A DNA stretch of 64,000 bases, taken from the NCBI GenBank assembly GCA_035221665.1, contig CM069131.1, positions 28,396,001 to 28,460,000 of the forward strand. The letters are read 5' to 3'. Position 1 is the stretch's first letter. Every line of letters starts with the position of its first letter. The position numbers were made by a program, and so were the translations under genes. Positions 1 through 12,922 of this stretch are shown here, piece by piece. The DNA comes from Okamejei kenojei (Eukaryota). The notes beneath the pieces were generated by a model, which did not search any database, was not told the DNA's origin, and worked only from the letters and a program-made list of their open reading frames with translations.

Positions 1-206
1 CATGTGGGCTTTCTCCGAGATATTCGGTTTATTCCCACACTCCAATTATGTACAGGTTTGTAGGTTAATTGGCTTGGTATAAATGTAAATTATCCCTAGT
101 GTGTGTAGGATAGCATTATTGCGCAGGGATCGCTGGTCGGTGCGGACTCGGTGAGCCGAAGGGCCTGTCTCCGCGCTGTATCTCTAAACTAAACTAAACT
201 AAACTA
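1..206 (+). mobile_element. V-SINE (HE1-like) 3' portion, cut by the window edge
   Basis: V-domain-like GGTTT..CCCACACTCCAA..GTACAGGTTTGTAGGTTAATTGG, 3' GCCGAAGGGCCTG and an (AAACT)n tail; paralog of 35262-35582. Confidence 0.8.
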
Positions 207-1233
207 AAGTAAAGAGTATTTAAAGTGGCTTTTGAATAGGCACATGGATATACAGGAAGTGGGGGGATGCAGATTATGCACAGGCACCATCCTAAATTCC
301 AAAGGATACCCATGAATCGAGTGGTACATAAAGGCTGGCACTGCCAATGACACTCACGCTACGTGCTTCTACAGGACAAATGTCTGACAGGAAGCACACA
401 GGACTACATTTTATGAAAGCATCTTTTCAATGTGCATCCACAGACTGTGTGTGATGCTTGAGCAAGCAATCAATATCCGGATCAGTCTGCAACGCTGACA
501 CGTAGATCCCACCAATGGATCTCAACAGTGGAACCAAAACAGCTCACACATCTCAGCCCAAATAGAAAATACATCAGATTTTCCCCATCAATGCTACTTA
601 GAGGGATAACACAATCCATAGTAACGTACATGAGTGTTTATTTTAAGAACTGTTTTAGTTGCACTAAGGACATGAGTGTTTTTTATTTTGCACTAGAATT
701 GTAATTGTATAATATCAATGTGTATTGTGTTTAAGGTCTGTTATGCTGCTGCAAGTAAGTATTTCATTGTTCCATCATTGGTACTGTAGGATCACTGAAT
801 TCTCAATGACTTGCTGAGTCCAGTGGAAGCGTTTGAAACTTTTTATTCAGGAACAATGGACATAGGGCATCAGAGTAAAGCATTAAAATATCTTAACTAA
901 AAATTGAACATATCACAGCTAACAGAACAAAAAACTATGGAACTAGTACTGAAAGAGTAAAGACTGAACATTACTTTTATAGACACACTGAACATAGAGT
1001 GATGAGGATGTGTCAAGCACCTCGCACCATGAAAGAATCATTGTTCACAGTTCTGTCTAGACTCCTGTCAGTTGTAACCGTAATCTCACAAACTGTTCCT
1101 GGTCGCTGCATTTAGCCAACCTGCTCACATATTACTAAATGCAGTAGACAAGGTTTGTGGAGGCGCATATGGACCTCTCTCTCACCTGGACGGGCTGCTG
1201 GGGTTCCTGGAGGGAAGTGAGAGGGGAGATGTA
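1..1233 (+). repeat. Segmental duplicate of 35376-36625
   Basis: Colinear and highly similar from CATGTGGGCTTTCTCC to GATGTA; it then jumps into the DIRS YR remnant of the tandem unit at ~1238. Confidence 0.9.
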
Positions 1234-1361
1234 CCAAACAAAGCAGACCAAGAAGAGCTGGAACCAAGGTAAAATTTAAGCATATCCTGTCGGCCATTTT
1301 GCAACTCCAGCATTTTGTGTCTATCTTCGACAGAAACAGGCAAATCAGCATACCATGTCCC

Positions 1362-1734
1362 CCTCTTAAGGGGTTGGACAGGCTAGATGCAGGAAGATTG
1401 TTCCCGATGTTGGGGAAGTCCAGGACAAGGGGTCACAGCTTAAGGATAAGGGGGAAATCCTTTAAGACCGAGATGAGAAAGACTTTTTACACACAGAGAG
1501 TGGTGAGTCTCTGGAACTCTCTGCCACAGAGGGTAGTTGAGGCCAGTTCATTGGCTATATTTAAGAGTGAGTTGGATGTGGCCCTTGTGGCTAAGGGGAT
1601 CAGAGGGTATGGAAAGAAGGCAGGTACGGGATACTGAGTTGGATGATCAGCCATGATCATATTGAATGGCGGTGCAGGCTCGAAGGGCTGAATGGCCTAC
1701 TCCTGCACCTAATTTCTATGTTTCTATGTTTCTA
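1362..1734 (+). mobile_element. Young 5'-truncated CR1/HER1-like LINE 3' end
   Basis: RT C-terminus KGLDRLDAGRLFPMLGKSRTRGHSLRIRG..WNSLP; (TTTCTATG)n tail; empty site CATGTCCC|TGATATCC in copies B and C and at 41530. Confidence 0.9.
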
Positions 1735-1974
1735 TGATATCCAGTACTCATCTATATTAATGCCATTTACTAGTACTTTGTCTGTAACCTTCTATGCATT
1801 GGCTCATCCAGAAGCTTCTATATTGTTGTGAGAAACCTATCCACACCACCCACCGTGGTAAAATGTGTTAAACATTTGTAACATCTTCTGTGTGACTAAG
1901 GTTTTCCTCAGCTTTGCTCTAACCGCTTATCTCTTACTCACAATTTACTCTATCTTATCCCCTCCACAAGTCCA

Positions 1975-2455
1975 AGGTAGTGCAAGAAGTGGTCTTTATT
2001 CTGCTGTCGAGGTAGGATTAGAGTTGTTCAGGTCAGTTCAAGAACCTGACGATGTAAGAGAGTAATATTCCTGAACCTGGTGTTGCGGGACTTCAGGCTT
2101 CTGGACCTCCTGCCTGACAGTAGCAGCAATAAGAGGGCATGGCTGAGATGGCCGGGATCTTTGATGTTAGGCAACACCTCATGCAGATGCATTCGATAGA
2201 AGGGAGGGGGGGGTGGGTTTGTACCTGTCATGGACGGCAACTCTTTCATTCCTTACGATAGAATTGACATACCAGGCCATGATGCGACCAATCACTATAC
2301 TTTCTACAGTGTTTCTGTGGAATTGTGTTGGAGTATTTGGTGACGTGCCAGATCTCTTTAAACTTTGAAAAAAGTAGGGTTGTTGGCACTTCATGATTCC
2401 ATCTACGTGCTGGGCCCAGGACACGTTATCTGAGATATTAACACCCAGGAATTTG
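1975..2455 (-). mobile_element. Rex-Babar LINE RT C-terminal relic (copies ~17215-17705 and ~41780-42145)
   Basis: KFLGVNISDNVSW..ESI...I.AWY and IKDPGHL.HAL..LL.SGRRSRSLKSRNTRFRN motifs. Confidence 0.75.
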
Positions 2456-2984
2456 TGCAATGTCTTATAACTATCAGGATTCAATTCCATTTGAAATTCA
2501 ATCTGATATGCTAGCAACAGTTATTCTGCTGCCTTTAACTCTATGACAATCCATTGCCCAGCAAATATAACACACCTTGATCTGAAAGATCAAGGCCAAA
2601 CTTGTATATTCCTTGGATGAGATGTGTCAGTCTTCTAAGCTATTACAAGTGTTATTTTTAACTGACCTTTTATACTATTAATAGGAACATATAGCGCTGA
2701 TGGAAAGTTGAGGACGAATGTGCCTCAGGCAGCTTGGCGACAGAACTTATAAAGTAAAACAGTTGGCTTGGTCTTTCCATAAAATTCATTCATACCATTT
2801 AAAGTTTTGTTTCCAGTAACTTTTCATTCAATGAATTGCAGATCACAACCAGTTCATCTTTTAAAAAAATGTTTCCTCATGCTGCCTCACATTCTTTTCC
2901 CAGTGATCTGATCATGTATGATTTTGACTCATGGAAGCACAAGGAGGTCTTAAAGCCTCTTCATCCTTCCCCATTATTCAATGA

Positions 2985-3455
2985 GCATCCTGCACTCCAA
3001 GGAACAAAGTCCCAACCTCCTTACAGCTCAGGCCCCTCAGTCCCAGCAACATCCTCACTCATCTTCTCTGTACTCTCCATCCAGCCCAATGACATCCCTG
3101 TGACCAAGACTGAACACAGCACTCCAAATGTGGCCCCACAACGTCCTGTACAACTAAATACCCTGAACGCCAAGGGCCAATGTAGAACAAGCACCCTCCA
3201 TCATCCTACCCACCTATGACACAACCTCCAGGGAACCATGCACCAGCACCCCTACATCCCTTACTCCATCACGGCCCCAGGGTCCCATCTCAACCCGACC
3301 TCCCAAAATCTCAAAACACCCCTCAGCCATCTGCACCAAACTCCATCAGCTATTCCTCAGCCCACTTACCTAGCTGACCAAGATCCCACTGCAATCGTTG
3401 ACAACCATCTTCACTGTTCACAATACCACCTATATTAGTATCATCTGCAAACTGC
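2985..3455 (-). mobile_element. Old CR1-like LINE RT fragment (copies ~18230-18720, ~26735-27225, partial 9139-9365)
   Basis: Reverse complement gives FADDT (TCATCTGCAAAC) and an RPHLE.C.Q.W-type motif (ACTCCAAATGTGGCC). Confidence 0.65.
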
Positions 3456-3570
3456 ACGCTAAAACTGTCAATAGTTTATCAAACATATTTTCTTTTGCAA
3501 TAAATTAGCTGCTGAAGGAACTCCCAGCATCTGTGGGATGGAGGGGAGTAGTGATCGATGATTCTAACCA

Positions 3571-4010
3571 GTAGCGTCTAGGACCAGGGGTCATAGCCTC
3601 AGAATAAAATGACGTTTCTTTAGGAAGTAGATAAGGAGGAATTTCTTTTGTCAGAGGGTGGTGAATCTGTGAAATTCATTGCCACAGAAGGCTGTGGAGG
3701 CCAGGTCGATGGATATGTTTAAGGCAGAGATAGACAGATTCTTGATTAATATGTATGACAGGGGTTATGGGGGCAAGGCAGGAGAATGGGGTTGAGGGGG
3801 AGAGATAGGTCAATTCTCATTAACCTCCTCTGGACCCTCTCCAACACCAGCACATCCTTCTTCAGATATGCGGCACAAAACTGTTCACAATAATCCAAAG
3901 GCAGTCTGACCAGTGCTTTATAAAGCCTCAGCATTGCATCCCTGTTTTTGTATTCTAATCCTCTTGAAATAAATGCTAACATTGCATTTGCCTTTCTTAC
4001 AACTGATTCT
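3571..4010. mobile_element. Two convergent CR1 fragments (+ ~3571-3805, - ~3808-4010); repeated in each unit
   Basis: Minus: MLAFISRGLEYKNRDAMLRLYKALVR..LERVQRR; plus: SRTRGHSL and RVVNLWNSLP-type 3' end. Confidence 0.8.
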
Positions 4011-4197
4011 CCAATTTCTCAATATAACTAATGTATAAATCCAAGGATACCATCTATCCTTGTGCACCATTCCAAACTTGCCCTGCCAGAGACTTTGTGT
4101 GATCCCTCCTTCAGCCCTGCCTCCTACTGTAATGTCACTACTTCAGTTACAGTATGTTGCCCCTCTTCACATTTCGGTCCATGAGATTTCACTCTCC

Positions 4198-7100
4198 TTT
4201 TTTTTTTAAATTTTTTTTTTAATTTTTTTTATTGTAGAAACAATATATACCGAGTACACTCTTATACGACAGTGAAAATTATATAATATACAAAATTATA
4301 TAATATTGATTATCGATTGATACTGTTTATGTTAATTGTAATATTATCCATTATACATTTCGTGGTTATTTATTTTATATAATTGGGAGTGTATATAGTA
4401 TATTCCTAAAATAAGCAATATACTCAGACTTCTCATACCATAGATATTCTTCTAATTACCAAATACAAATCCCCCCTAATATAACTACATAATACCCAAT
4501 CTTAAACAAAGTTCTATAATATTCATAATGTTATCAAAATATTAAGAATGTTTGTATTATTATTAACTTTATATTTCAAAATTATTATATAGTTGAAAAT
4601 GCACAATTTTATATAATTACAAATTTAAGACATCTATAATCTTTTCATACAAATAAAAATAGGTGTATACATATTAAAAATTTATATAATATGTTTCTAT
4701 ATTTTTTTCCTTAATTAAAGATAGGAAGATAGAGAAAGAGAATAGAAAATAGAAAAGAAAATGTGAGAAGTTTGATGGAGATTAAAATATTACTAAATAA
4801 TCCATTCTTGGAGATACATTCATGATTTATTATATGTATTTCTTCATCCATTCAGATATTCAGGCCTCAGTCAAGTCCCTGCGACGAACCATTGTGACCC
4901 TGTAGATATTTAATGTAGGGAGACCAAATCCCTTTGAAGAGATCTAACCATAAGGACAAGTCTCAATCTCTCCAAGTGAAGTGTCTCCGTCATTTCTGTA
5001 TTCCACATTTTAATTGTTGGGGATACAGGGCCTTTCCAAAATTTTAATATTAATTTTTTCCCAATTATTAAAGAATAGTCGATAAAAGTTCTTTGATTCC
5101 TTGTAATTATTTGTTCCGTTTCCGGTATTCCAAGTATGATTAACTTTGGGTCAGGAATCATAGTAATATTAATAACATTCGAGACTATCTTAAATATTTC
5201 ATTCCAATATTCTACAATCTTCGTACAATTAGTAAATGAATGTGACAAAGTTGCTTCTAAGATTTGACATTTATCACATATAGGTGATAATTTTGGAAAT
5301 ATATTATGTAATTTAGATTTAGAATAATGTAATCTATGTAAAATTTTAAACTGTATAAGAGCATGTTTAGCATTTAACGAACAGTAATGTATGTGTTGTA
5401 AGCTTTCTTCCCATATTTCTGGGCTTATTATTTGACCTAATTCATTTTCCCAACGCTGTCTGTGTATTTCCGATGATGGAATATCACTTTCCAACAAAAT
5501 ATTGTAAATGTATGATATTATTTTTTCTGTATTTGGATGTTTATTCAAGCATTCATCTAAAATTTCACTCTTTCTATTTCTGAATTCTTGTGTATTTGCA
5601 GAGATATAGTTTCTGATTTGTAAGTATCTGAAATATTCATTATTATGAAGCCCGTAGGTTTGTTGTAATTCTTGAAATGAAAGAAAAGAATTTTCCTTAT
5701 AAAGATCCCCTATATTTAAAATTCCTTTATTTTTCCATTGTATAAAAGCCTTATCCATCGTTGACGGTTTAAACGTAAAATTGTTGGCAATAGTAAGACC
5801 TAGCGGTATAAATTTTAGTTTTAGTGTTTTCTTTATTTGTTTCCAAATACGTATTCCACTTTCTATTATCAAATTTTCACTATAAATTTTCTTAGGTACA
5901 TTAATATTAGCAAATATTATAGAGCTAATTTCAAATGGAAAACAGTCTTCTCTTTCCATTTTTAACCAATTTGGTTTATTATCTGTTTCTTCTAACCAGA
6001 AATTCATATTTTTAATATTAACTGCCCAATAATAAAACATAAAATTTGGTAAAGCTAAACCCCCGTTTATTTTAGCTTTACATAAATGTTTTTTATTTAT
6101 TCTATGATTCTTATAATCCCAGATAAAGTTAGTGACTATTGAATCTACTTTTTAAAAAAAATTTTTAGAGAAAATATATCGGGATTGATTGAAATAAATA
6201 TAATAATTGTGGGAGGAAAATCATTTTTATTGCGTTTATTTTACCTAACATTGAGATAGGTAAACTTTTCCAGTATAAGATATTTTTATTTAATTTATTC
6301 AATAATAACGGGAAATTAGACTTAAATAAAGAGTCAAATCTTTTTGTAACAAAAATACCAAGATATTTAATATTTTCATTTGTTATCTTAAAAGGAAATT
6401 GTTGTAATATCTGTAAGTTATTCATGGTTATTGGCATAAGTTCACTTTTATTCCAATTGATACTGTATCCTGAAATTAAACCAAATTCCGTTATTAGTTT
6501 TAACAAATTACGGATACTTATTTCTGGTTTAGTAATATAAAGTAATATATCGTCCGCATATAACGAGATTTTATTCTTAGTATCTTTAGTATCATATCCA
6601 TATATTTCCGGGTGCAATCTTACCCTTTGAGCAAGAGGTTCGATTGCTAACGCAAACAGTAATGGTGATAAAGGACAGCCTTGTCTACAACCTCGAGATA
6701 AACTAAACTTAGTTGATAACATATGGTTTGTTATTATTCTAGCTGTTGGGTTTGCATATAATAATTTAATCCAAGTAGTAAACTTATCACCAAGCTTAAA
6801 GGCTTCCATCACCGAAAATAAATAAGGCCATTCCACCTGGTCAAAAGCTTTTTCTGCATCCAACGAGATAACTACTAAGTCTTTTTTATCACTTCTTTTC
6901 GAATATATGATATTAAATAACCGTCTTAGATTATATGAAGAATATCTTTTAGGTATAAATCCTGTTTGATCAGGATGAATTAATTCGTTAACAACTTTGC
7001 TTAATCTTTGTGCAAGGATCTTTGTTAAAATTTTTTGATCCGTATTTAATAAAGCAATTGCTCTATATGATCCTGGGTCATCCAAATCTTTATTTATTTT

Positions 7101-9138
7101 GGGTATAAGTGTTATAATAGATTCGTTCAATGTATCTGGTAATTTCTCTTGTGTATATATCTGTTCATATAATGATTTTAAATATGGGACCATTTGGTCA
7201 TGAAAAATTTTATAAAATTCCGAGCCTATACCATCGGGTCCTGGAGTTTTACCATTTTTTAAAGATTTAATAGATTCTTGGATTTCTTTTATTGAAATAT
7301 CGGCATTTAATAGTTCTCTATTTTGTAAATCTAATTCTTTTAAGTTACATACATTTAAAAAGGCATCTATTTCTGTTTTATTTACTGTCGTTTTACCAGT
7401 ATACAAATTTTTATAATATTGCATAAATCTTTCATTAATATCCTTGGGCTGTATTAATAATTCACCGTTTTGTGATTTAATCCTATGTATAATTTTTTCA
7501 GCTTCAATTTTCCTTAATTGTCGAGCCAATAGTTTTTGTGGTTTGTCTCCAAATTCAAACAACAATTGTTTAGTATGTTGGTAATATTTTAAAACTTGAT
7601 CAGTATATATTTTATTTAATTTATACTTCAATGCTACAATTTTATTATGTATTATTATATCTGATTTTGTTGCATTCTGTATATCTAATTGTTTAATCTC
7701 CCTTTCTAAGTTGTTGTTCCTTCCGAATCTTTTTATTATGGAATGCTTGTGAAGAAATCATAATTCCTCGAAGATATGCTTTAAATGTTTCCCATAATAA
7801 AGAGCGAGATATTTCTGGTTGATCATTTATTTCAAAAAACATCTTAATCTGAGTTATAATATATTCCTGAGTGGTTTTTATTTTTTAAAATTTGTGGGTT
7901 AAGTTTCCATTGTCCTAGATTTTCTGTTTTACCATTTATTTTAATTTTAAATGTTAATGGCGCATGATCTGAAATTATAATATTATGATATTTGGAATCG
8001 TAAGTAAGTGAAATAAGCTTTGCATCTACCAGAAAGTAATCTATTCTTGAATAAGTTTTATGTACTGGCGAGTAAAAGGAATATTCTCGACCAGTAGGAT
8101 TTTCTGTTCTCCAGACATCTTTAATGTTAGTCGTTTGGATGTATGCGTTTAATAAATCACTAGTATGCGATTTAATTTTTCTTTGTTTTGAAGATCTATC
8201 TAAATAAGGGTCTAATGTACAATTAAAATCTCCTCCAATTATCAAATTGTAATGTGTTAATTCCGGAATATTATTAAGTACTTTCTTAAAAAATAAAGGA
8301 CTATCAAAATTTGGTCCATAGATGTTAACAAAAATCATTTTTTCCCTATTTATTTCTCCTATCACAATAATGTATCTGCCATCTTTATCAGATATAGTAG
8401 ATGTATGCTTAAATAAAGTACCTTTACGAAATAATTGCTACGCCTCTTGATTTATGCGTAAAGGAAGAGTGATATATTTTATCTATCCATTTAGCTTTCA
8501 GCCTATTTTCAGCGTCTTTCTTTAGGTGAGTTTCTTGAATATAAATTACATCAGCTTTCATTGCCTTTAAGTGTGTCAATATTTTTCCTCTTTTTATTGG
8601 TTCATTGATACCTTTAACATTCCAACTGCAAAAGGTTAATCCCTCGTTCCCCATATTTCTTTTTAGATCCTGCATTTTAGGTTTGTGGGAATCTAGAATA
8701 GAGTCCAAGGGTCCGCGCAGTAGACCTAACCTTACACCCGAAACACCGAATAGATGAATTTTAAATCTCTTTTATGTACTTCACGAATATATCTCCATTG
8801 TTCCAGTGTATAGCTCCATTCAAACTGAAAGATATAGTAAGCATAAAAGAATAGTGAAGAGTAGATAAAAAGCTTAATAGAGTGCATAAAGAATGGGAAA
8901 ACTACAAATAAAATATTTGTAGTTTGTGAAAGCCAAACTATATTGGCTATCAATCTAAAGGCTTCCGGCATTGATGTTATTAATTTAGCCAGCTCCTAAT
9001 TTTAAGGAATTATTATTCCATGATAATATTTTAACGGGGATATAATATTAAAGAAATGAAAGGAGTGATATTAGTCATCATAAAAGTATGTATATCTAAA
9101 ATTAATTTAAAAATCTAATTATAAAGCCGCAGATAAAG
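4198..9138 (-). mobile_element. L1 LINE: near-complete but frameshifted ORF2 (~8654-4910), 3' UTR and poly(A); ORF1 absent
   Basis: APE endonuclease SWNVKG/QETH/GDFN/SRIDY/SDHAP; RT KTPGPDG, LDAEKAFD, GCRQGCPLSPLLF, YADD; C-terminal CDKC..H..C; poly-T at 4198. Confidence 0.95.
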
Positions 9139-10614
9139 AGCACCCCTACATCCCTTACTCCATCACGGCCCCAGGGCCTACATACACCATGAAGGTCCCA
9201 TCTCAACCCGACCTCCCAAAATCTCAAAACACCCCTCAGCCACCTGCACCAAACTCCATCAGCTATTCCTCAGCCCACTTACCTAGCTGACCAAGATCCC
9301 ACTGCAATCGTTGACAACCATCTTCACTGTTCACAATACCACCTATATTAGTATCATCTGCAAACTGCACGCTAAAACTGTCAATAGTTTATCAAACATA
9401 TTTTCTTTTGCAATAAATTAGCTGCTGAAGGAACTCCCAGCATCTGTGGGATGGAGGGGAGTAGTGATCGATGATTCTAACCAGTAGCGTCTAGGACCAG
9501 GGGTCATAGCCTCAGAATAAAATGACGTTTCTTTAGGAAGTAGATAAGGAGGAATTTCTTTTGTCAGAGGGTGGTGAATCTGTGAAATTCATTGCCACAG
9601 AAGGCTGTGGAGGCCGGGTCAATGGATATGTTTAAGGCAGAGATAGATAGATTCTTGATTAATATGTATGACAGGGGTTATGGGGGCAAGGCAGGAGAAT
9701 GGGGTTGAGGGGGAGGGATAGGTCAATTCTCATAAACCTCCTCTGGACCCTCTCCAACACCAGCACATCCTTCTTCAGATATGCGGCACAAAACAGTTCA
9801 CAATAATCCAAAGGCAGTCTGACCAGTGCTTTATAAAGCCTCAGCATTGCATCCCTGTTTTTGTATTCTAATCCTCTTGAAATAAATGCTAACATTGCAT
9901 TTGCCTTTCTTACTACTGATTCTCCAATTTCTCAATATAACTAATGTATAAATCCAAGGATACCATCTATCCTTGTGCACCATTCCAAACTTGCCCTGCC
10001 AGAGACTTTGTGTGATCCCTCCTTCAGCCCTGCCTCCTACTGTAATGTCACTACTTCAGTTACAGTATGTTGCCCCTCTTCACATTTCGGTCCATGAGAT
10101 TTCACTCTCCATGTGTCTGCTCACTTCACCAGCCTGTCTCTGATTCTTGTCCCTCCCACAGTTTACACTATTATATGTTTCCATGTAGTCTGACAAACCA
10201 ACCCTTCACCCAACTCTGTGCCTTGTCATCGCGTTAAATATACATACAAACTGATTGTCCGTGTCACAAGAGACACAATGCTGTTAATGATGCAGTGATA
10301 GTGCACTGAAAAGGCGCTTGTCCTAACGTGTCTCTGTCAGCTCTGTGAACGTCCATCTCTACATCAATCGTACAACCCTCAGCAACTCTTTTTGTTTAAT
10401 TATCCAAGATCTCAATCAAGCAAAGGCCAGCATTTATTTCCACCTCTAACTACCCTCGATCCACTGTTTGATGGAGATATTCCCAAGATAGTGGAGGGTC
10501 GGGGGTTCTAATATTTAGACCCCGTGATGATGAATAAAGATTGAGTAATGTGGGATGCAATATAATTCAGCTGCAGCTTCTGAAGGCCCATAAAGACTTC
10601 CCCAAGACACTCCT

Positions 10615-11148
10615 CATTTCAGTTTTGTTTATTGTCACATGTACTGAGGTACAGTGAAAAGCTTTTGTTGTGTGCTATCCAGTCAGCAGGAAGACGAAAC
10701 ATGATCGCAAATGAGCCATTTAAAGTGTCTAGGTACATGATAAGGGAATAATGTTTATTGCAAGGTGAAGCCGATCAAGGATAGTCCAAAGGTCACCAAT
10801 GAGGTAGATAGTAGTTCAGCACTGCTCTCTGGTTGTGATAGGATGATTCAATTGCCTGATAACAGCTGGGAAGAAACAGTCCCTGAATCTGGAGGTGTGC
10901 GTTTCACACTTCCATACCTTTTGCCTGATGGAAGAGGGGAGAAGAGGAAGTGGCCAGGGTGCAACTCATCCTTGGTTATGCTGCTGGCCTTGCCAAGGCA
11001 GCGTGAGGTAGAAATTGAGTCAATAGAGGGAAGGATGGATTGTGTGATGGTGTGAGCTGGGCTCTGTCCACAATTGGCTGCGATTTCTTGCGGTCTTGAA
11101 TGGAGCTGTTCCCAAACCAAGCTGTGATCCATCTGATAAAATGCTTTC
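10615..11148 (-). mobile_element. Rex-Babar LINE 3' fragment with UTR (copies ~19968-20490, ~28480-29010, partial ~34000-34200)
   Basis: ITAWFGNSSIQDRKK, RCLGKASSI.KDELHPGH.LFSPLPSGKRY; AATAAA on the minus strand near 10625. Confidence 0.8.
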
Positions 11149-11686
11149 TTGTCATCACAATTCCCTTTAAGTATTACTGAATGTTTTTAAAATGTGAGAA
11201 TTCTGCTCAATATAATGTCCCTGCCCTCGTTCACCAATAATAGAGTACAGATTGTGGTGGTGACCCCATGAGTTAGCACTCAAACGGTTTTTGATTTCAC
11301 AACACAATTAGAACAGGTTGTTGCACAACATTTCACAACCTGTGTTCATGGGCCATCCCTTCTCATGAGTTTATCTCCATCTTTAATATGTTTATTTGAT
11401 TTCCATTGTCAAATCTTGCATCAAAGCAGACTGTACATTGAATATTATTGTCCTCTCAGGAATTTGCAGTCTTTCAGTAATTATCAGCACTCGGCTCCTT
11501 AGTTCACTCAACGCTACTATCTGGAAAAAAAACCCAAAAATATTTGTGTGTTGACCTATATTATTCCACATAATTAAGTGGAGAGAGTGCATGAAATTAG
11601 CTGTAATTCCGGCCCCATTTACTTTGCATACAGTAGGCTGGTTGGTTACTCCTAGATCCACACAGTTTGCTTCACTGGAGCAATAT

Positions 11687-12922
11687 CTTTTTTTATATAA
11701 TATATATTTATTAGAAGTAAATACAGATTATGATGAAAACATTTCATGTGTATCAATCATACATTATTAATATTATCAATTGAAGATTCATTCTGCTTCT
11801 AATTTTAAATATATATATATGTAGAAACTAAGAAAGAGAGAGAGAGAAAAAAACATAAATGTCAAGATAAAAAAAGAAAGAATGGAATGATTTACTAATA
11901 ATACATCATTGGAGATAGGTTCGAAGATTATGAAGAATAACTTTTCATCTGATCCGGAGTTCAAGTTTCAGTTAGGTTCCTGTGCCGAACCAATCTACCC
12001 CTTCAAATAATCGATGAATGAAGACCATATTTTAACAAAAAGTTCTTGTTTGTCCATTAAGACAAATCTGATTCTTTCCAGGTGTAGGGTCTCTGACATT
12101 TCCATAATCTACATTTTAATTGTGGGGGTTATAGGACCTTTCCAAAATTTTAATATTTATTTCTTCCCAGTTATTATACTGTAGTCTAGAAAGTTTCTTT
12201 GACTTGTTGTGAGTGTTAGACTTTGTTCTCATATTCCAAGTATTATTAGTTTTGAGTCGGGATCCAGTTTAGTGTTAACAACTTCAGAAATTATTCTAAA
12301 AATATCAAACCAGAATTTTTTGATTTTTATACAATTTGCAAAAGTATGTGTTAAGTTAGCCTCTAGATGCTGACATTTACCGCAGATAGGGGAGATATGT
12401 GGGAAAATTCTATTTAATTTTACTTTAGAGTAATGTAATCTGTGTAATACTTTAAATTGTATTAAAGCATGTCTGGCATTTAACGAGCATTGATGTGTAT
12501 GTTGTAGACTTTTGTCCCAAATATCTTTCGTTATAGGTTGACCTAATTCATTTTCCCATGTATGTCTATATGATTCTGTTGATGGGACCTCGCTATCTAA
12601 AAGGGTATTATAAATATAAGTTGTTAATTTTTCTGTATTGGGATGTTTATTCAAATATTCATCAAGGATTTCTGGTTCCCTACTCCTATAATCTTGTGTA
12701 TTGGATTTAACATAATCTCTAAGTTGTAGATATCTAAAAAAATTATTTGAGTCCAGAATTAGTCCATAAATCTGTTGTAACTCCTGAAATAGAAGAAAAG
12801 TGCCTTTCTTATAAAGATGTCCCATCTTTTTAATTCCGTTATTTTTCCATTGTGTGAAACCTTTATGGAAGGTTTGAATAAGGGACTCTTTACAATGGGG
12901 AGACAGTGTGATATATTATCCA
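11687..12922 (-). mobile_element. L1 3' fragment (second subfamily), interrupted by DIRS
   Basis: FFRYLQLRDY..CSLNARHALIQFKVLHRLHY..CGKC..HTF..C; T-run at 11687; empty sites GCAATATCT|TAATC at ~34721 and ~43669. Confidence 0.9.

Noticed and set aside
2575-2595. Perfect hairpin CCTTGATCT-GAA-AGATCAAGG (and a bulged one at ~10502-10523)
   Set aside because: Short, broken in the older paralog at ~42265, and expected by chance in 64 kb
2836-3219. 127-aa ORF conserved in three copies
   Set aside because: Conservation reflects recent duplication; non-ATG start, largely antisense to a CR1 relic
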